From an uncultured Armatimonadetes bacterium (lineage in GTDB: Bacteria > Armatimonadota > Hebobacteria > Hebobacterales > Hebobacteraceae), in contig OY970296.1 in assembly GCA_963716175.1 (NCBI GenBank), positions 4,064,001 to 4,128,000 on the forward strand: DNA of 64,000 bases. Direction: 5' to 3'. The notes beneath the pieces are model-generated. The model did not search any database and had not been told where the DNA came from. It worked only from the letters and a program-made list of their open reading frames with translations. A program made the position numbers and the translations under genes. Of the stretch, positions 41,635 to 51,545 are shown in pieces; the stretch's first letter is position 1, and each line of letters begins with the position of its first letter.

Positions 41635-42734
41635 CCCAGTTCTCCCGGATCATTCCAGCCCAGTTCCGTCCCATCTCGCGCCACCCGCACCGCGCCCAGG
41701 CGCACACCCTTCGCCTTGTCGAGGTCACTTATCGGCGTGAAGATGCGCAGCCGGCGAGAGCCGAACTCAACTCCTTCCAGGATCCCGACGCCCAGGGTCT
41801 CGCCTCGCTCTCCCAGTAGGCCAACCAGCAGATGCTGAAGCGCGGCGGCGTCAATGGCGCGGGCGCTGCCTCCGAAGTCGGCGCCCAGCGAGCGCAGGCC
41901 CTCCGCATTGGGCCTCCCGGAGACGATCAGCAGCAACCCGTCGGCGCGCAGCTCGGCATGGAGCACCTCGCACTCGACCCGTTCCTCCGCGAAGGCGCGG
42001 ATGTGACCGGGGGCAGTCTCACCGGTAGTCCAGGCGGTGTTCTCCATGGGCAGCTGATCCCACGCCACCTCGGCGGCGCGGCCGCCCGCGAAATAGGCGG
42101 CGAACAGGCCCTGGCGCCGGGCAGTGCGCTGCTCCCGGGTGCGAACCTTGACGCGGCGCGAGCGCCGCAGCCGCAGCACGCGGGGCCTGGCTCTGTGCGC
42201 GAAAGCGGCGAGCAGGTGCTCGACCTCATCTTCGGCCTGCACCGCCACCACCACGTCCGGGTCCAGCAGGCGCACTTTGGCCGACTTGAGCGCCCGCGCC
42301 ACACCCCCCGAGACCAGGCCGGTGGTGTCCACAATGATGGTCTCGGCTCCCAGGCGGCGAGCCGCGGTGGCCATCGCCTGGGCGCTGGCCGCAGCATTGA
42401 GCAGATGCCCCACCGGGGAAGAGCTGCCCACGAAGTCAATCGCCTCCGCGGAGAGCTCCTCCAAGCGGCGAATGGGATGAGTGACGCGGGCCATGCCCAC
42501 ACACGTGGGCGGGCCCAGGTTGGACTGCCCGGTATCGGCGTCAACCACGGCCGCGGCTCGCCCCGCTTCCACCGCGGCGCTGGCGAGGATGGCGGCCAGC
42601 GTGCTCTTCCCGGAGTCAATCGCGCCGATGAGGAACAGTGTGGCGCCAGCGCGGGCCGCCTCCACGGCGGGAGACCAGGAAGGTGGAATGTCCCAAGCGG
42701 GTTGGGACGAGGTCATGACGGTCTGTTTAGCCAA
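41631..42734 (-). CDS. Clp1/Grc3-like polynucleotide 5'-hydroxyl kinase
   Basis: GAIDSGKST, DADTGQSNLGPP, FVGSSSPVGH, VDTTGLV, Arg-rich lid. Confidence 0.88.
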   Translation of the reverse strand: MAKQTVMTSSQPAWDIPPSWSPAVEAARAGATLFLIGAIDSGKSTLAAILASAAVEAGRAAAVVDADTGQSNLGPPTCVGMARVTHPIRRLEELSAEAIDFVGSSSPVGHLLNAAASAQAMATAARRLGAETIIVDTTGLVSGGVARALKSAKVRLLDPDVVVAVQAEDEVEHLLAAFAHRARPRVLRLRRSRRVKVRTREQRTARRQGLFAAYFAGGRAAEVAWDQLPMENTAWTTGETAPGHIRAFAEERVECEVLHAELRADGLLLIVSGRPNAEGLRSLGADFGGSARAIDAAALQHLLVGLLGERGETLGVGILEGVEFGSRRLRIFTPISDLDKAKGVRLGAVRVARDGTELGWNDPGELG

Positions 42735-42814
42735 GGCGAGTGCGTTTCCTGCCCGCGCCGGGGCGGCCAGAGGCCAGCTTGCGTCGCGGCCTGGCCAGAG
42801 GGTAGAATAGCAAG

Positions 42815-43291
42815 GTGTGGAAGCATATTACTGGAGTAGTGCTGGCGCTGGCGCTGGCCGGGGGGCTGGCCTGGTGGTTCTTCCACCCCCGGCCGACCGA
42901 CCGCGAACTGGTTGACAACCTGATCGCGAAAGCGGTGCATGGGGTGGAAACAAAGTCGGTGGACGAGATCATGGGCTGTGTCGCCGACGACTATCGAGAC
43001 GGGATCGGGCTGACCCGCACCGACATCTGGCGTGCGGCCAATAGCTGGGTGCGCAATCCCGACCAGGCCCAGGTGGTGATTGACGACTACGTGGTGGACA
43101 TCCAGCCTCCGACCGCGACCGGCAGCTTTGAGGTTAGACTGCTGCTGAACCAGAACAGCCAGTCTCTGGAGTCGGGCCTGCTGCACCTTAGCGTGGAGTT
43201 CGAGCAGCAGAAGCGGCGGTGGCGGAAGGTGTGGCTGGTCAAATCGGTCTCCGGGCCTGAGCTGGGCAAGCTTTTCGAGGACTACATGTGA
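42815..43291 (+). CDS. Membrane-anchored hypothetical protein (NTF2-like fold possible)
   Basis: N-terminal TM; coupled to next gene by GTGA overlap. Confidence 0.7.
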   Translation: MWKHITGVVLALALAGGLAWWFFHPRPTDRELVDNLIAKAVHGVETKSVDEIMGCVADDYRDGIGLTRTDIWRAANSWVRNPDQAQVVIDDYVVDIQPPTATGSFEVRLLLNQNSQSLESGLLHLSVEFEQQKRRWRKVWLVKSVSGPELGKLFEDYM

Positions 43292-44214
43292 GCACAGAGG
43301 ACAGCCAGGGCGGGGTCGAGCTTGAGATCGGCGATCCGTACGAGCAGGAACGGGTCATCCGGCACCACGCGCGGATGCAGGCCGAGGACGAGCAGCGCCG
43401 GCACGAGGACATGTCGGTGCAGGCGCGCACGGCCTACCTGTGCATGCGCCTGGGCGATTTCTACATCCGCTGCGGGAAGATAGACCGGGCCTTGGGCGAG
43501 TACAAGCGCGCGGTCAAGATGGATCAGAACAACGCGATCTTCCGGACCCGGCTGGGCGACACCTATGTGCTGAAAGACATGTTCGAGCCGGCGCTCACCC
43601 AGTATCGGCAGGCGATCCGCAGCGACCCCCAGACTCCGGAGCCGCGGGTGAGCCTCGGCGATCTCTATCGGCGCTTCGGCATGAACATTCAGGCCATGGA
43701 GCAGTACCGCGTGGCGGTGAAGGCTGAGCCGAACCGGGCCTACTATCGCTTCAAGCTGGCCGACACGCTGACCGCCGCAGGGCACATGAACGGGGCCATG
43801 GAGGAGCTGCGGCTGACCGTCTCCCTCGCCCCCAACGACGCCTTCTACCGATTCCGCATGGGCGACCTCTGCCTCAAGCTGGGCCGGGTGAGAGAGGCGG
43901 TGCGGGAGCTGAAGGCCGCCGCCCGGCTCGCCCCCTACGATGGGTATTACCTGATCCGGTTCGCCATTGCCTCGCTGGCGGTGGGAGCGGTGGTGGAGGC
44001 GGTTGACGCCCTGCGAGCCGCGCTGCGGACGGAGCCGGGCAATCGCTGCTACCGGGTGCTGCTGGCTGACGCCTACCTGGAGGCCGGGCTGGAGAGTGAA
44101 GCGGTGCGGCTGATGGCGGCGGTGGGCGAGCTGGACAGCTACGAGATGGAGTTCGTCGGTCGCCGGCGACTAGAGCTGAACCGGGCGGAGAACGACGCCG
44201 CCGGACTGGCATGA
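43288..44214 (+). CDS. Tetratricopeptide repeat protein
   Basis: Repeated LGD.Y...A...Y..A TPR pattern. Confidence 0.88.
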   Translation: MSTEDSQGGVELEIGDPYEQERVIRHHARMQAEDEQRRHEDMSVQARTAYLCMRLGDFYIRCGKIDRALGEYKRAVKMDQNNAIFRTRLGDTYVLKDMFEPALTQYRQAIRSDPQTPEPRVSLGDLYRRFGMNIQAMEQYRVAVKAEPNRAYYRFKLADTLTAAGHMNGAMEELRLTVSLAPNDAFYRFRMGDLCLKLGRVREAVRELKAAARLAPYDGYYLIRFAIASLAVGAVVEAVDALRAALRTEPGNRCYRVLLADAYLEAGLESEAVRLMAAVGELDSYEMEFVGRRRLELNRAENDAAGLA

Positions 44215-44840
44215 ATGTCGCCACCCTCACCCTCGGGCCCATCGCCACCAACTGCTACCTGGTCTGGCAAGAGGGCCTGAGCCCGGCCCTGCTGGTGGAC
44301 TGCGCGGGTGACTCCGACGAAATCCAGCAAGCCGCCCAAGCGCGCGAGCTGCAGATCCGGCTGATCGTCATCACCCACGCCCATGCCGATCACTTCGATG
44401 CCCTGGCCGCAGTGAAGAAGCAGACCGGGGCCGCGGTGGCCATCCACGAGTTGGAGGCGCCACTGCTGGCCGACCCCACGCGCAATCTCACCGCCATGCT
44501 GGGCTATCCGAACCAACCGCTGGCGGCAGAACGGTTGCTTCACGAGGCCGATGTGATTCGCCTGGAGGGGAGCGAGATCGCGCTCACCGTGCTGCACACC
44601 CCAGGCCACACCCCAGCGAGCATATGCCTGCTGGGCAAGGGAGTGCTGTTCTCTGGCGACTGCCTCTTCGCCGGGGGCATTGGCCGGATGGACCTCCCCG
44701 GCGCGGACGAGCGGGCGATGGCAGCCTCCCTGGCGCGACTGATGAAGCTCGACCCTGATCTCACCGTCTACCCAGGCCACGGCCCCGCCACCACCATCGG
44801 GGAGGAGGGGAAGAGCAACCCGTGGGTGAGAGGGCTGTAG
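44211..44840 (+). CDS. MBL-fold metallo-hydrolase (glyoxalase II-like)
   Basis: THAHADH, HTPGHT, FSGDCLF, PGHG. Confidence 0.92.
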   Translation: MNVATLTLGPIATNCYLVWQEGLSPALLVDCAGDSDEIQQAAQARELQIRLIVITHAHADHFDALAAVKKQTGAAVAIHELEAPLLADPTRNLTAMLGYPNQPLAAERLLHEADVIRLEGSEIALTVLHTPGHTPASICLLGKGVLFSGDCLFAGGIGRMDLPGADERAMAASLARLMKLDPDLTVYPGHGPATTIGEEGKSNPWVRGL

Positions 44841-44886
44841 CCCCAGCCGGAGGTGTGATCCTCTTCTTTCGGTCCCGCGGGCCGTG

Positions 44887-45073
44887 TGTAGGGCGGGCAT
44901 GTCCTGATCCTACGAAGCCCTTGGCAAAATAGGACCCATACCCGCCGGCCGTTGCCGTTCTGTAGGGCGGCCATGCGAAGTCCGCCGGAGGCGGACAAGC
45001 ATCGCCGCCGAGCCTTCCGTCCCGTAGGGGAGCCCCCGAGTCCACCCTGAGCGGAGCCGAAGGGCCGGCCCCC
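44887..45073 (+). repeat. Cluster of three GTAG-led hairpins with loop inserts
   Basis: TGTAGGGCGGGCATG...CATACCCGCCGGCCGTTGCCGTTCTGTAGGGCGGCCATGC...; same linker as at 32462. Confidence 0.85.
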
Positions 45074-45105
45074 CTGGCTTGGTCGTATGGTATAATGTGC
45101 CGCGA

Positions 45106-45177
45106 GGGCCCGTAGCTCAGTGGCAGAGCAGGCGGCTCATAACCGCTCGGTCGCAGGTTCGAATCCTGCCGGGCCCA
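45106..45177 (+). tRNA. tRNA with CAT anticodon, most like tRNA-Ile2 (lysidine); complete CCA not encoded
   Basis: GGGCCCG/CGGGCCC acceptor stem, TAGCTCAGTGG D-arm, CTCATAA loop, GGTTCGAATCC T-arm; TGGTATAAT just upstream. Confidence 0.93.
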
Positions 45178-45246
45178 CCGGCCCGCTGCGCTCTTCTCCG
45201 CTGACTCGCGATAGGCGCGGGCCGGGGCCGCGGCGAAATCATCCAC

Positions 45247-46344
45247 ATGCGCTCCATCACGCTGCTCGCGTTGTGCCTGCTCGTCTGCGGCCTGGCCGCC
45301 GGCCAGGAGAACCCTCCGGCCGGCCTCCAGGTGGTGTATGCGCTGACGGCGACGACGCAGAAGCAGATGCTCAGCGCCATCTACGCCTACGAGCCGGCCT
45401 CCGGGCTGCGCTCTCTCCTCTACCGAGACACCCCGGAGGGGAGCCGGCTGCTCCTCAAGATGGGCGGGTCCGACCTCCAGGGAGTGGCGCGCGCCATTCC
45501 GCCCGGGGATGTCTACGGGGTAATGGGCCCGACTACCGCGCCCGGCGGCCCAGCTCCGAGCGACGCGCTCAGCCGAATTCGCCTCAGCGAGCAGGGGGGC
45601 AAGCCACCAATCCCGGAGCGCGTGTTCCCACTGCCGCTCTGTTTCAGCCTCGCATCGGCCTACGGGCTGTGGAACCGGGCGCCAGTTTTCGCGGTTTCCC
45701 CGGATGCCACCCGCTTCGCAGTCTATGCCCTGCGCGTGGGCGAGGTCCGGCTGGACCGCCCCACCATCCGACTCCTCTCCGCCAGCGGGGCTGAGGAATG
45801 GCGGATCCCTCTCGATCATCCCGACCTCTACGTCGCCGATCTCGCCTTCTCGCCAGATGGCGGATCGCTGGCCTACAGCGTCATGCCCCAGGGCGATGAG
45901 CACACCCTGGACGAGGCCCTTCTGCCCAAGGCCGGGGTCTACCTGGCCGACATCGCAGCCCGCACCACCCGCCAGCTCTACCCTGGCTTCGTGGACGCCG
46001 TCGCCTGGGGGCCCAGGCCCGATCAGATCACCGCCGCCGCCCGGGTCGGCGATTTCTGGAGCACGCGCTACATCGGGCTGGTGCTCGTCCTGCCCCTTGG
46101 GCGGAAGGTGAGGGAGTTCTCGCTCCGGGGCGCAGTGACCGCGCTCGCCTACTCGGATGACGGCGAGTGGCTGGCGGTAGCCGCCCATTACCAGAGGGCC
46201 GAGCGGATCTGGATCTACCCGGTGAGCGGCGGATGGGGCCAGCAGGCGAAGATCGAGCCGCAGAGCGGAGAACGCATCGCCTTGCTGGGCTGGGCGCGAC
46301 TCGCGCTACAAACGAGGGCCGAAAGTGCGCCTGCCAGGCCATAG
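45247..46344 (+). CDS. Secreted beta-propeller (TolB/WD40-like) protein
   Basis: Signal peptide; AVSPDA, AFSPDG, AYSDDG blade motifs. Confidence 0.72.
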   Translation: MRSITLLALCLLVCGLAAGQENPPAGLQVVYALTATTQKQMLSAIYAYEPASGLRSLLYRDTPEGSRLLLKMGGSDLQGVARAIPPGDVYGVMGPTTAPGGPAPSDALSRIRLSEQGGKPPIPERVFPLPLCFSLASAYGLWNRAPVFAVSPDATRFAVYALRVGEVRLDRPTIRLLSASGAEEWRIPLDHPDLYVADLAFSPDGGSLAYSVMPQGDEHTLDEALLPKAGVYLADIAARTTRQLYPGFVDAVAWGPRPDQITAAARVGDFWSTRYIGLVLVLPLGRKVREFSLRGAVTALAYSDDGEWLAVAAHYQRAERIWIYPVSGGWGQQAKIEPQSGERIALLGWARLALQTRAESAPARP

Positions 46345-46415
46345 CCATTCGCCATCGCCGGGCATCCGGGGTAATATCAGGCTGGGAAGCGGTTCTCCGA
46401 ACTGGATATAAGGCC

Positions 46416-47369
46416 ATGGCAACCCCGCACAGCCACATGAGCGAGTCGCCGCACCAGTTCTCCACTGCGCGGGCATCGGAACCCACCAGAAGGCGGCTGC
46501 TTTTCGCCATCGGGCTCACCGTCATCGTGCTGGCAGCCGAGGTGGCGGGAGGCCTCTGGTCGGGCAGCCTGGCCCTGCTCAGCGATGCCGCCCACGTTTT
46601 CACAGACCTGGTCTCTCTCGCTCTCAGCCTGGGCGCCATCGTGATCGCCTCTCGGCCGGTGAGCAAGGAGCATACCTTTGGCTGGCACCGGGCCGAGGTG
46701 TTCGCCGCGCTGATCAACGGGCTGCTGCTCCTGTTCATCTCGGGCGAGCTGCTGCGGGCGGCCTATCTCCGCCTGCACCATCCCCCGCAAGTGAAGGTAG
46801 AGGGGATGCTGATCATCGCGGTGGCGGGCCTGATCGCCAATGGCGTGATCGCCCTTCGCTTGCGCGGGCATACGCACAATGATCTGAATGTCCGCAGCGC
46901 CTACCTGCACGTGCTGGCCGACTTGGGGGGCAGTGTCGGCGTGGTGGTGGCGGCCGGCGTCATGATGGTCACCGGCTGGTACCTTGCTGACCCGGTGATC
47001 AGCATCTTCATCACCCTGCTCATTCTTCTGGGCTCGCTCCACCTGCTCCGCGAAACCGCCCACATCCTGCTCGAGGGTGTGCCCGCGGGCGTGGATCTCG
47101 AGGCGGTGGCAGAGGCGGTGCGGTCCGTGCCAGGCGTGCTCGCCATCCACGATCTTCACATCTGGACCATCTGCTCCAATCTCCTGGCGCTCAGCGTCCA
47201 CGCCACAGTCGGGGACTGCCCGGCCGAGGAGCGGGACCGGATCGTGTGCGAGATCACGGAGCGGCTGAGCAAGCAGTTCGACATCGCCGAGACCACAGTG
47301 CAGACGGAGAGCATCCCGTGCCGCACGGACGAGCTCATCCACATCGTGCCCCATCGCCGCGAGTTCTGA
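46416..47369 (+). CDS. Cation diffusion facilitator (CzcD/ZitB-like)
   Basis: SLALLSDAAHVFTD, TFGWHRAE, AYLHVLAD, HDLHIW. Confidence 0.93.
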   Translation: MATPHSHMSESPHQFSTARASEPTRRRLLFAIGLTVIVLAAEVAGGLWSGSLALLSDAAHVFTDLVSLALSLGAIVIASRPVSKEHTFGWHRAEVFAALINGLLLLFISGELLRAAYLRLHHPPQVKVEGMLIIAVAGLIANGVIALRLRGHTHNDLNVRSAYLHVLADLGGSVGVVVAAGVMMVTGWYLADPVISIFITLLILLGSLHLLRETAHILLEGVPAGVDLEAVAEAVRSVPGVLAIHDLHIWTICSNLLALSVHATVGDCPAEERDRIVCEITERLSKQFDIAETTVQTESIPCRTDELIHIVPHRREF

Positions 47370-47492
47370 TCCACAGGTGGCCCGGCTAGACCCCAGGGTC
47401 TGTTGCTGAATTGGACGCCTCAGGGCGAGAAGGTCCGAGGAGGCATGGCGGGCCCGGAGAAGAGGCGGTTATCACCTTCATGGGAGGTGCCC

Positions 47493-48557
47493 GTGAGAAT
47501 CCTGGCTTTGGCCCTGCTGGTGCTGGCGGCATGTGGGACGGCCTATACGGCGGGAGGAGGCGCCTCCGCTCCGCCGGAGTTGCTGGCCGCGCAGGAGGCG
47601 CTGAAGCAGAACCTTGCCCTCGGAGCTGCTCTCGACGGGCGATCTGCCACGTCTGAGCAGGCAGATGAGGCCACCCAGCTCGTGGAAGACGGCCTGGCGA
47701 AAGCTCGCGCTTATGCCACGCAGCAGCCGCGAGCCGCAGAGGCCCACCACCTGATCGGCCTCTTCCTGCTGTTCGCCTATCGGCCGGTTAAGTCCGGGTC
47801 CGCCTCCGTCACTGACAGCAAGACCGGCCAGGTGAGCCAGACCACGCTCACCGTCCTGCGCCTTGGTGGCAAGGAGGCCTGCGAAGAGGGCCTGGCAGAG
47901 CTGCGGACCGCGGCGAGACTCGACGCCGGTGATGTCGGCATCCAGCTCGACTACGCCGAGGCCCTGCAGCAGTGCGACCAGGCGAAGCATTCCGGCAACC
48001 TGCTCTCTGCGCTCTGGCAGCGCAGGACCGGCCTCACCGGAGCGCAGCGGGCGCGGGCGGCGCGTCTCGCAGCCCAGGCCTACCGAGCCCAGAACCAACC
48101 CGGGGACGAGGTGCGCTGGCTGCACGAGGTGCTGGCGAGCGACCCCAAGGACGAGGCGGCGCGGCAGCGGCTGGCTGAGCTCGCCCCCGCCTCCGGCTCT
48201 GCCATCGCCTGGGAGAGCTACCAGGTCGGCATGAACCAGAGGCGGCCGGTGATGATGGACTTCATGGCCGAGTGGTGCGGATGGTGCAAGAAGCTGGACA
48301 AGGAGGTCTACACCGACCCCGAGGTGCTGAAGGTCAGCAGGCAGTTCTCATGCATCAAAGTAGATGGCGATCGGAACCGGGAGCTGGTGCGCAGCTATCG
48401 CGTGGATGGCTACCCGACTATCGTCTTCCTGGACGCGAGCGGAAAGGAAGTCCATCGCGTGGTCGGCTACCGGCCGGCCCAGGCCTTCCTGGCCGAGATG
48501 CAGAAAGCTCTGGCGGCTAACGCGCCGTTACCGAAATCTGGAGGTGGGAGGCGATGA
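47493..48557 (+). CDS. Exported TPR-like protein with C-terminal thioredoxin domain
   Basis: Signal/lipobox-like LAAC; DFMAEWCGWC, GYPT. Confidence 0.82.
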   Translation: MRILALALLVLAACGTAYTAGGGASAPPELLAAQEALKQNLALGAALDGRSATSEQADEATQLVEDGLAKARAYATQQPRAAEAHHLIGLFLLFAYRPVKSGSASVTDSKTGQVSQTTLTVLRLGGKEACEEGLAELRTAARLDAGDVGIQLDYAEALQQCDQAKHSGNLLSALWQRRTGLTGAQRARAARLAAQAYRAQNQPGDEVRWLHEVLASDPKDEAARQRLAELAPASGSAIAWESYQVGMNQRRPVMMDFMAEWCGWCKKLDKEVYTDPEVLKVSRQFSCIKVDGDRNRELVRSYRVDGYPTIVFLDASGKEVHRVVGYRPAQAFLAEMQKALAANAPLPKSGGGRR

Positions 48558-49477
48558 AGCTCTCTTGCTGGGCGATGGGACTGATCCTTCTGACCGGGCT
48601 GGCCTGCGCAGGCGCGGCCGCTCCCCCCAAGCAGCCGGCTTCGGTGGCGGCGGGGATGCACGACTTCGACCGCAATACCACCCTGGGAGGGGAGCTGACC
48701 GGCCGCCCTGGGACGAAGCAGGAACTGGCGCAACTGCAGGCCCTGGCCGACCGCGGCCTGAACACAGCGCGGAAGCTGGTGGCGGCCGATCCCAAGTCGG
48801 CGGACGCCCAGTACCTGCTGGGCAGTTGGCTGATCTACGGCTATGGCGTGGTCCCGAGTGAAGAGACCTACACCAATGAGGACGGCGAGACCGAGGTGCA
48901 GCAAGTGCAGCAGGTCGTGGTGGGGCTCAGCGAGGATCCTCAGGAGGGATTGGATGCCCTGCAGAAGGCCGCCGCGCTGGCTCCCAACCGGGGCGACTAC
49001 ACCCTCGATTACGCCGCCGCACTGCTGGACACCGATCACCCGGATGAAGCGATAGCCGTGTTGAAGACAGCCTGGGCGGGACAGCCAGAGCTGACCCCGG
49101 CCGAGAAGATGCGGGCCGGGCTCATGGTGAGCGATGCGCTGGCGGGGCAAGGTCTGCTGTCACAAGCCCGCGAGTGGATCTATGCCGCCCTCCTGGTGAA
49201 CCCGGACAACGTCGAGGCGGTCAGGCGGCTGCGGCTGCTCGATGCCGGCCTGGTGCCGGCCGAAGCTCCGCCCGCCGCCGAGGCCTTCCCTGAAGCCCCG
49301 GCCCCCGAAGAGGAAGTGGCTCCAGAGGGCCCCGAGGCAGCCCCAGAGGAAGTCGCTCCGGAAGCGCCGGCGGAGCCGGGCGAGGAAGCGGCGCCCCCGG
49401 CGGCCGAGGAGCCATCCGAGGAGTACGCACCGGAGTCGGATGAGGAGGCCCCTGAAGAAGCTGCGCCGGAGAATTAG
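48554..49477 (+). CDS. Exported TPR-like protein with acidic Pro/Glu tail
   Basis: Signal peptide; similar to N-terminal part of the upstream gene. Confidence 0.78.
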   Translation: MKLSCWAMGLILLTGLACAGAAAPPKQPASVAAGMHDFDRNTTLGGELTGRPGTKQELAQLQALADRGLNTARKLVAADPKSADAQYLLGSWLIYGYGVVPSEETYTNEDGETEVQQVQQVVVGLSEDPQEGLDALQKAAALAPNRGDYTLDYAAALLDTDHPDEAIAVLKTAWAGQPELTPAEKMRAGLMVSDALAGQGLLSQAREWIYAALLVNPDNVEAVRRLRLLDAGLVPAEAPPAAEAFPEAPAPEEEVAPEGPEAAPEEVAPEAPAEPGEEAAPPAAEEPSEEYAPESDEEAPEEAAPEN

Positions 49478-49599
49478 GGCCCCGAGCAGGAGGACAGCGG
49501 CAGTCTCGGCGGTGATACACTGCCGCAGATGCTGGGCGAGGAATAGCGCGCCTGAGGGCGAACCGGGACGATAGCGGGCTGCGTACCGGAGCGACGACG

Positions 49600-50295
49600 A
49601 TGGTGATCACGGTCTCCCGAGAGGCCGAATCCGGCGGAGAAGAGCTGGCGCGCCTGGTGGCCGAACGGCACGGCCTCCAGCTAGCCGATCGGGCGATCCT
49701 GGAGCGCATCGCCCAGCAGGAAGGCACTCCGGCGGCCCACCTGAGCGTTTTCGATGAGACCGTGCCGGGAACGATCGAGGCCCTGATCGCTGAGTGGCAG
49801 ACCTCCATCAGCCAGACCGTCTACTTGCGGCACCTCGTGCATTTGCTGGCGCTGCTCGAGCGCGAGGATAACGTCGTGATCATGGGGCGCGGCGGGGCCT
49901 TCGTGCTCACGAATCCGGGCACGCTCCATATCCGCGTGGTCGCCCCCATGCCCTGCCGCGTCGCCCGCCTGGTGCAGAGAGGTGTGCCGCGCACGGAGGG
50001 GGAGCGGCTGCTGCGGCGCAGCGACTCCGAGCGGGCGAAATTCGTGCGGCAGACCTTCGATGCCGACATCGAGTCACCCACCCACTATGACCTGGTAATC
50101 AACACCGCCGAGCTTTCCGCCGAGGCCGGGGCCGAGATCGTTGGCCTCGCCGCCCTGCGCAAGGCGACGCGGCGGGTGGCGGCCGGGGCCTCAGAGGACT
50201 TCCTCAGCCACCTTTCGCGCTTGCGGCGCCGACCGCGCCTACCCCGGGTGAGTGAGATCACCTGGGAGCGCTGCCGGCGTCGCGTGCAGTGGTAG
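49600..50295 (+). CDS. Cytidylate kinase-like family protein
   Basis: VITVSREAESGG, VIMGRGG, YDLVINT. Confidence 0.88.
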   Translation: MVITVSREAESGGEELARLVAERHGLQLADRAILERIAQQEGTPAAHLSVFDETVPGTIEALIAEWQTSISQTVYLRHLVHLLALLEREDNVVIMGRGGAFVLTNPGTLHIRVVAPMPCRVARLVQRGVPRTEGERLLRRSDSERAKFVRQTFDADIESPTHYDLVINTAELSAEAGAEIVGLAALRKATRRVAAGASEDFLSHLSRLRRRPRLPRVSEITWERCRRRVQW

Positions 50296-50310
50296 CGCCG
50301 CGCCGTCGGC

Positions 50311-51384
50311 TCACCCGATCAGGCCGGGCACGGCGCGGGCCTGTTGCGCCGCGTGGTAGGCGGCATCCAGGAAGTCCTCGGGTTCTCCGCTCCTATCCAC
50401 CACGCCCATGATGAGTCGCACCTCCGCTGGCAGCTCGCCGGACGCGTTCAGATCATTGATCTGCCCCCTGACGCGCGCCAGGGCGATCATCGCCTCCGGG
50501 CGCGAAGTCTCGGGGAAGAGCAGGGCGAACTCGTCTCCCCCGACCCGCGCCACCAAGTCAGTCTGCCTGACAGTGGAGGCGAGGCATTGGGCGACGCTGC
50601 GCAGCACGGCGTCACCAGTGTCGTGCCCAAACTCATCGTTCACGCTGTGGAAGCCCTCGATGTCCAGCACCGCCACCGACAAGGTGCGCTTGTAGCGCCG
50701 CACTCGCAGCACCTCTGCCTCCAGAACGGCGCAGAACCGCCGCCGGTTGGCCACTCCGGTCACCGGGTCAATGGTCACATGCTCCTGAATCCACCGGCTC
50801 TGCTCGCGGATGCGCTCGGCCAGGCGCAGATTGCGCCGCCGCGTGGCCGCCAGCGTGCCGGCTACGGAGGCCAGTACCGAGATTCCGGCTGCCGCGCTTT
50901 CCATTTCCGCGTGGGACCGCCGGTCCAGCCGGGCCAGGAACGCGAGCCCTTCCTCCGCCTCCCCGGGCTGCTCCTCCCCGGTGGGCCCGAGGCCCACGCA
51001 TTCGCCCTCCAGGCTCACCTGCGCAGTCACCAGGTAGCCCAGGGTTTCGCCAGCTGCGCGCACGGGAGCTGCGGCGTCAGCCAGGCCTAACGGGCAGATG
51101 TGGACCAAGGAGCTGAGTCTGAGCGTTTCTCCGTCGGCCTCGGCGAGCCGTTCCAACTGCTCGCAGCGGCCGCACTCCAGGCAGGGACGAGACAGGGTGA
51201 CGGTGCGGGTGAACCAACGGCAGAAGTCCGATAGATCCTCACAAGCGGCGAGCGGCCAACCGGCGGCATGAACGAACAGGATCGGTAGGCCCAGCGCGCC
51301 GCTGAAACTATCTTGCACCTCTTGCAGGTTGTCCGGCCACAAGCGTTCGGCCAGATCCTCGCATCTGCGCCCCATTGCTTTCAC
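50311..51384 (-). CDS. PocR-sensor diguanylate cyclase
   Basis: LQEVQDSFS...FC...C...CPLGL (PocR); DPVTG, NDEFGHDTGD, RVGGDEF. Confidence 0.85.
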   Translation of the reverse strand: MKAMGRRCEDLAERLWPDNLQEVQDSFSGALGLPILFVHAAGWPLAACEDLSDFCRWFTRTVTLSRPCLECGRCEQLERLAEADGETLRLSSLVHICPLGLADAAAPVRAAGETLGYLVTAQVSLEGECVGLGPTGEEQPGEAEEGLAFLARLDRRSHAEMESAAAGISVLASVAGTLAATRRRNLRLAERIREQSRWIQEHVTIDPVTGVANRRRFCAVLEAEVLRVRRYKRTLSVAVLDIEGFHSVNDEFGHDTGDAVLRSVAQCLASTVRQTDLVARVGGDEFALLFPETSRPEAMIALARVRGQINDLNASGELPAEVRLIMGVVDRSGEPEDFLDAAYHAAQQARAVPGLIG

Positions 51385-51495
51385 CTCGATGGGAGGGGCC
51401 TGGCCTGCTCACCTAGCAGGCTATTCCACGTTTTCTGGGCCTGCGAGGCGGGATGGGCGACGGCCGTCAGCATGCACGCGGCCAATCACGCGACA

Positions 51496-51535
51496 CAAAC
51501 TGACGTTTGACAACGCCCCCCGGCTGTGCTAATCT
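51496..51535 (+). promoter_or_regulatory. Sigma70 promoter overlapped by SOS-box-like palindrome
   Basis: TTGACA-17 bp-TAATCT; CAAAC-TGAC-GTTTG overlaps the -35. Confidence 0.6.
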
Positions 51536-51545
51536 CTCGCCGGGA

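Noticed and set aside
45106-46344. Genomic island integrated at the tRNA
   Set aside because: No integrase and no duplicated tRNA 3' end noticed in the window; downstream genes have host-like composition
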